A DNA stretch of 64,000 nucleotides from Schmidtea polychroa. Taxonomy: Eukaryota. Both the position numbers and the translations under genes were made by a program. The notes beneath the pieces are model-generated. The model was not told where the DNA came from and ran no database searches. It saw nothing but the letters and a program-made list of their open reading frames with translations. This document shows positions 62,011-64,000 of this stretch, piece by piece. The first letter of the stretch is position 1; the number at the start of each line of letters is the position of its first letter. The DNA lies in the NCBI GenBank assembly GCA_044892525.1, contig CM097885.1, positions 267,840,001-267,904,000 on the forward strand, given 5' to 3'.

Positions 62011-62051
62011 TCACCTGATGATGACAGAAAAACTGTCGAAATATATCGTGA
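62011..62051 (+). ncRNA. Minimal type I hammerhead ribozyme motif (Penelope-associated)
   Basis: UCAC-CUGAUGA-U-GACAG-AAAAA-CUGUC-GAAA-UAUA-UC-GUGA. Core intact with a 1-nt insertion, predicted cleavage after 62047. Confidence 0.7.
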
Positions 62052-62166
62052 AAAGAATATTTGTTTTAATCATATAAAAATTATTTTAATTTTAAAAAAA
62101 CACAAAATTGTTAACAGTCTTAAAGAAAATTTTTTTAAAATTAATATAAATGGATGTTGAATACTC

Positions 62167-62553
62167 ATGATCCTTGCGCAGGTTTATCTAAAAGTAATGA
62201 TCCTATTTTTGATATTGAAGTTAATATGCTTTCAAGTTCAGAAGATGAAAAAATTCAGATCTAAGCACACTGATCACAAATATTTGTTGGGATTTCCTTA
62301 TTCTGAAGGTTTCAGAGAATTCAAGCATAAAATCCTTAAACATGTAGATAAGACTAAATTTAGGATTGTTTCAACGTCTTACAAGGTTAGTAGCATGTTT
62401 ACTAATAAGTTTCCAACTTCAGTTGGTCTGTCTTCAGAACTCGTGTATCAATTCACATATAATGGGTGTAATGCCACATACAGTGAAGAAACTGCCCGTC
62501 AGTTTTGCACTATCTTAAAGTCGAAAATATATTATTCGCACCAAAAGTCTTAA
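62167..62553 (+). mobile_element. Penelope-like element fragment (linker and start of GIY-YIG)
   Basis: LSSELVYQFTYNGCNATYSEETARQF, a degenerate LVY.F.C..CNA.YIGET.R motif. Confidence 0.7.
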
Positions 62554-62603
62554 ATTATCATTTAATAGCTTAAAATACTATTAATAATAATAATAATAAT
62601 AAT

Positions 62604-62642
<39 letters not shown>

Positions 62643-62993
62643 TATAATAATAATATTAGATCCTCAGCATTATTAAATCAAAAAATAAAAACTCCAGGAA
62701 ATAAGAACAGTTCTCATAACAAATAGATCATTATCTATGACCCTAAGGTCCTCTAAGTGTCACGACCGAGTGACATGGAATGCAATATGATTATCGTGTC
62801 ACTAAATGATTTATTGCTGCCGTTATGCATATTTAAATATCTCAATATTTCTCAAGATACTTCCTCAATCTACTAGTCCCGTTACTAATTGCATTGGCCG
62901 GCGTCTGGCAAAAGGACATATCGTTACGATACTCTAATCGCAAGAACAAAACCAAAATTTTCCAACAGAATGCAAATAATAGGAAAATAATTT

Positions 62994-63066
<73 letters not shown>
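62994..63066. repeat. (TA)n microsatellite
   Basis: Read directly, with one interruption. Confidence 0.95.
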
Positions 63067-63071
<5 letters not shown>

Positions 63072-63108
63072 ACATTACAAGTTTTCTGATACCCAGTGCA
63101 AATCCCAG

Positions 63109-63148
63109 TAGTAGACTTGTTTCGAGCATTTGGCTCTCATCAGTACTA
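63109..63148 (-). ncRNA. Canonical type I hammerhead ribozyme motif
   Basis: UAGUA-CUGAUGA-GAGC-CAAAU-GCUC-GAAA-CAAG-UC-UACUA. All core nucleotides present, 5-bp stem I, 4-bp stem II, GUC cleavage triplet. Confidence 0.82.
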
Positions 63149-63358
63149 TGTAGGAGACGCGAAGATTCGACTCTACTGCATCCTTTACCTGCTACACTGG
63201 AAATCACATCACTTGCAAATTAGCTAAATCACAGAAAACAAATATCTGCAAACTTGTAAACATGGCGTGTGAAAAATCATATTCGCCTCTGGAGACACCG
63301 TCATACACAGTAACTGTTTACAAGTGCATCCGTAAACATTTAGCATTTTTAACTTGTA

Positions 63359-63445
63359 ATGGAGTAAAATATTTTTTTACGGATGTCTAACATTAAAATA
63401 GTATTATTTTAATGTTAGACATCCGTAAAAAATATTTTATTCCAT
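63359..63445. repeat. ~87-bp near-perfect palindrome
   Basis: Arms of ~41-42 nt around loop GTAT, with one bulged T and one mismatch. Confidence 0.9.
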
Positions 63446-64000
63446 ATATATATATATATATTAATTTTTTCAATATTAATTTTGATAACTGGTTTTAAAT
63501 TATTTATTTTAATAAATATATGAGTTGCGTTTAAAATTACTTAATTTATCAAATCATTTAATTTTCATCATACATATTCTGTCCATATATCTTGACAAAA
63601 CCAGGGCGGTATAACGTTTCCTAATGGGCTCTTGAAAGAAATTCCATACAAGAAACAATAATTTAATCACTTTCACATAAAAATTTGTCATAAGTAGAAT
63701 CAAAAATCGTTGTTTGAGTTTTACTATATAGATATATTGATATTACACTAGAAAATCTTGTGTTAATATAATTAATTATTATTATAAAGTTATTTATGGA
63801 AATTTTTTCAAAAACAAAAGATAAAAATAATTTATTAAAAAAAATATTTTGACTGGAATGACTCAACGCCTTGTGTGGTTGCACCGTTTGCACCGGGCTA
63901 CGTCCGGCCCTTGACCAATACATCCATTTATGATGGACCGTAATACTTATTTACCACTGTTTATATAAAACTGACACTACTTTTCCAGGTTATGCAGAAT

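Noticed and set aside
63601-63912. hAT MITE defined by CAGGGCGG and CCGGCCCTTG
   Set aside because: The right end looks hAT-like, but the putative TIRs match poorly and no TSD is evident.

Overview
AT-rich metazoan genomic scaffold with assembly gaps. It is not prokaryotic: genes have GT-AG introns with a tight 43-52 nt minimal class, which would fit a flatworm-like invertebrate, though the host is only inferred. Bases 1-25029 hold the 3' part of a Dscam-family receptor gene (Ig4-Ig9, FN3 1-4, Ig10, FN3 5-6, TM, cytoplasmic tail ending FVVV*). It shows no visible alternative-exon arrays, has one apparent +1 frameshift, and has introns filled with telomere-like satellites and Penelope/Gypsy debris. 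Bases 25.4-53.5 kb are mostly decayed transposons: two related Gypsy elements, several hAT subfamilies (some nested, several with TIRs and 8-bp TSDs), and MULE and pogo-like remnants. An orphan Ser-rich gene interrupts this stretch at 43.7-45.2 kb. The right end has an isolated actin fragment, an RGS-domain exon, a miniature two-LTR element and a long palindrome. The most notable signal, missed by the ORF track, is a set of hammerhead ribozyme motifs: a canonical Schistosoma-type type I motif at 63109-63148 (-), a Penelope-linked motif at 62011-62051 (+), and two singly mutated copies in an inverted repeat inside a Dscam intron.
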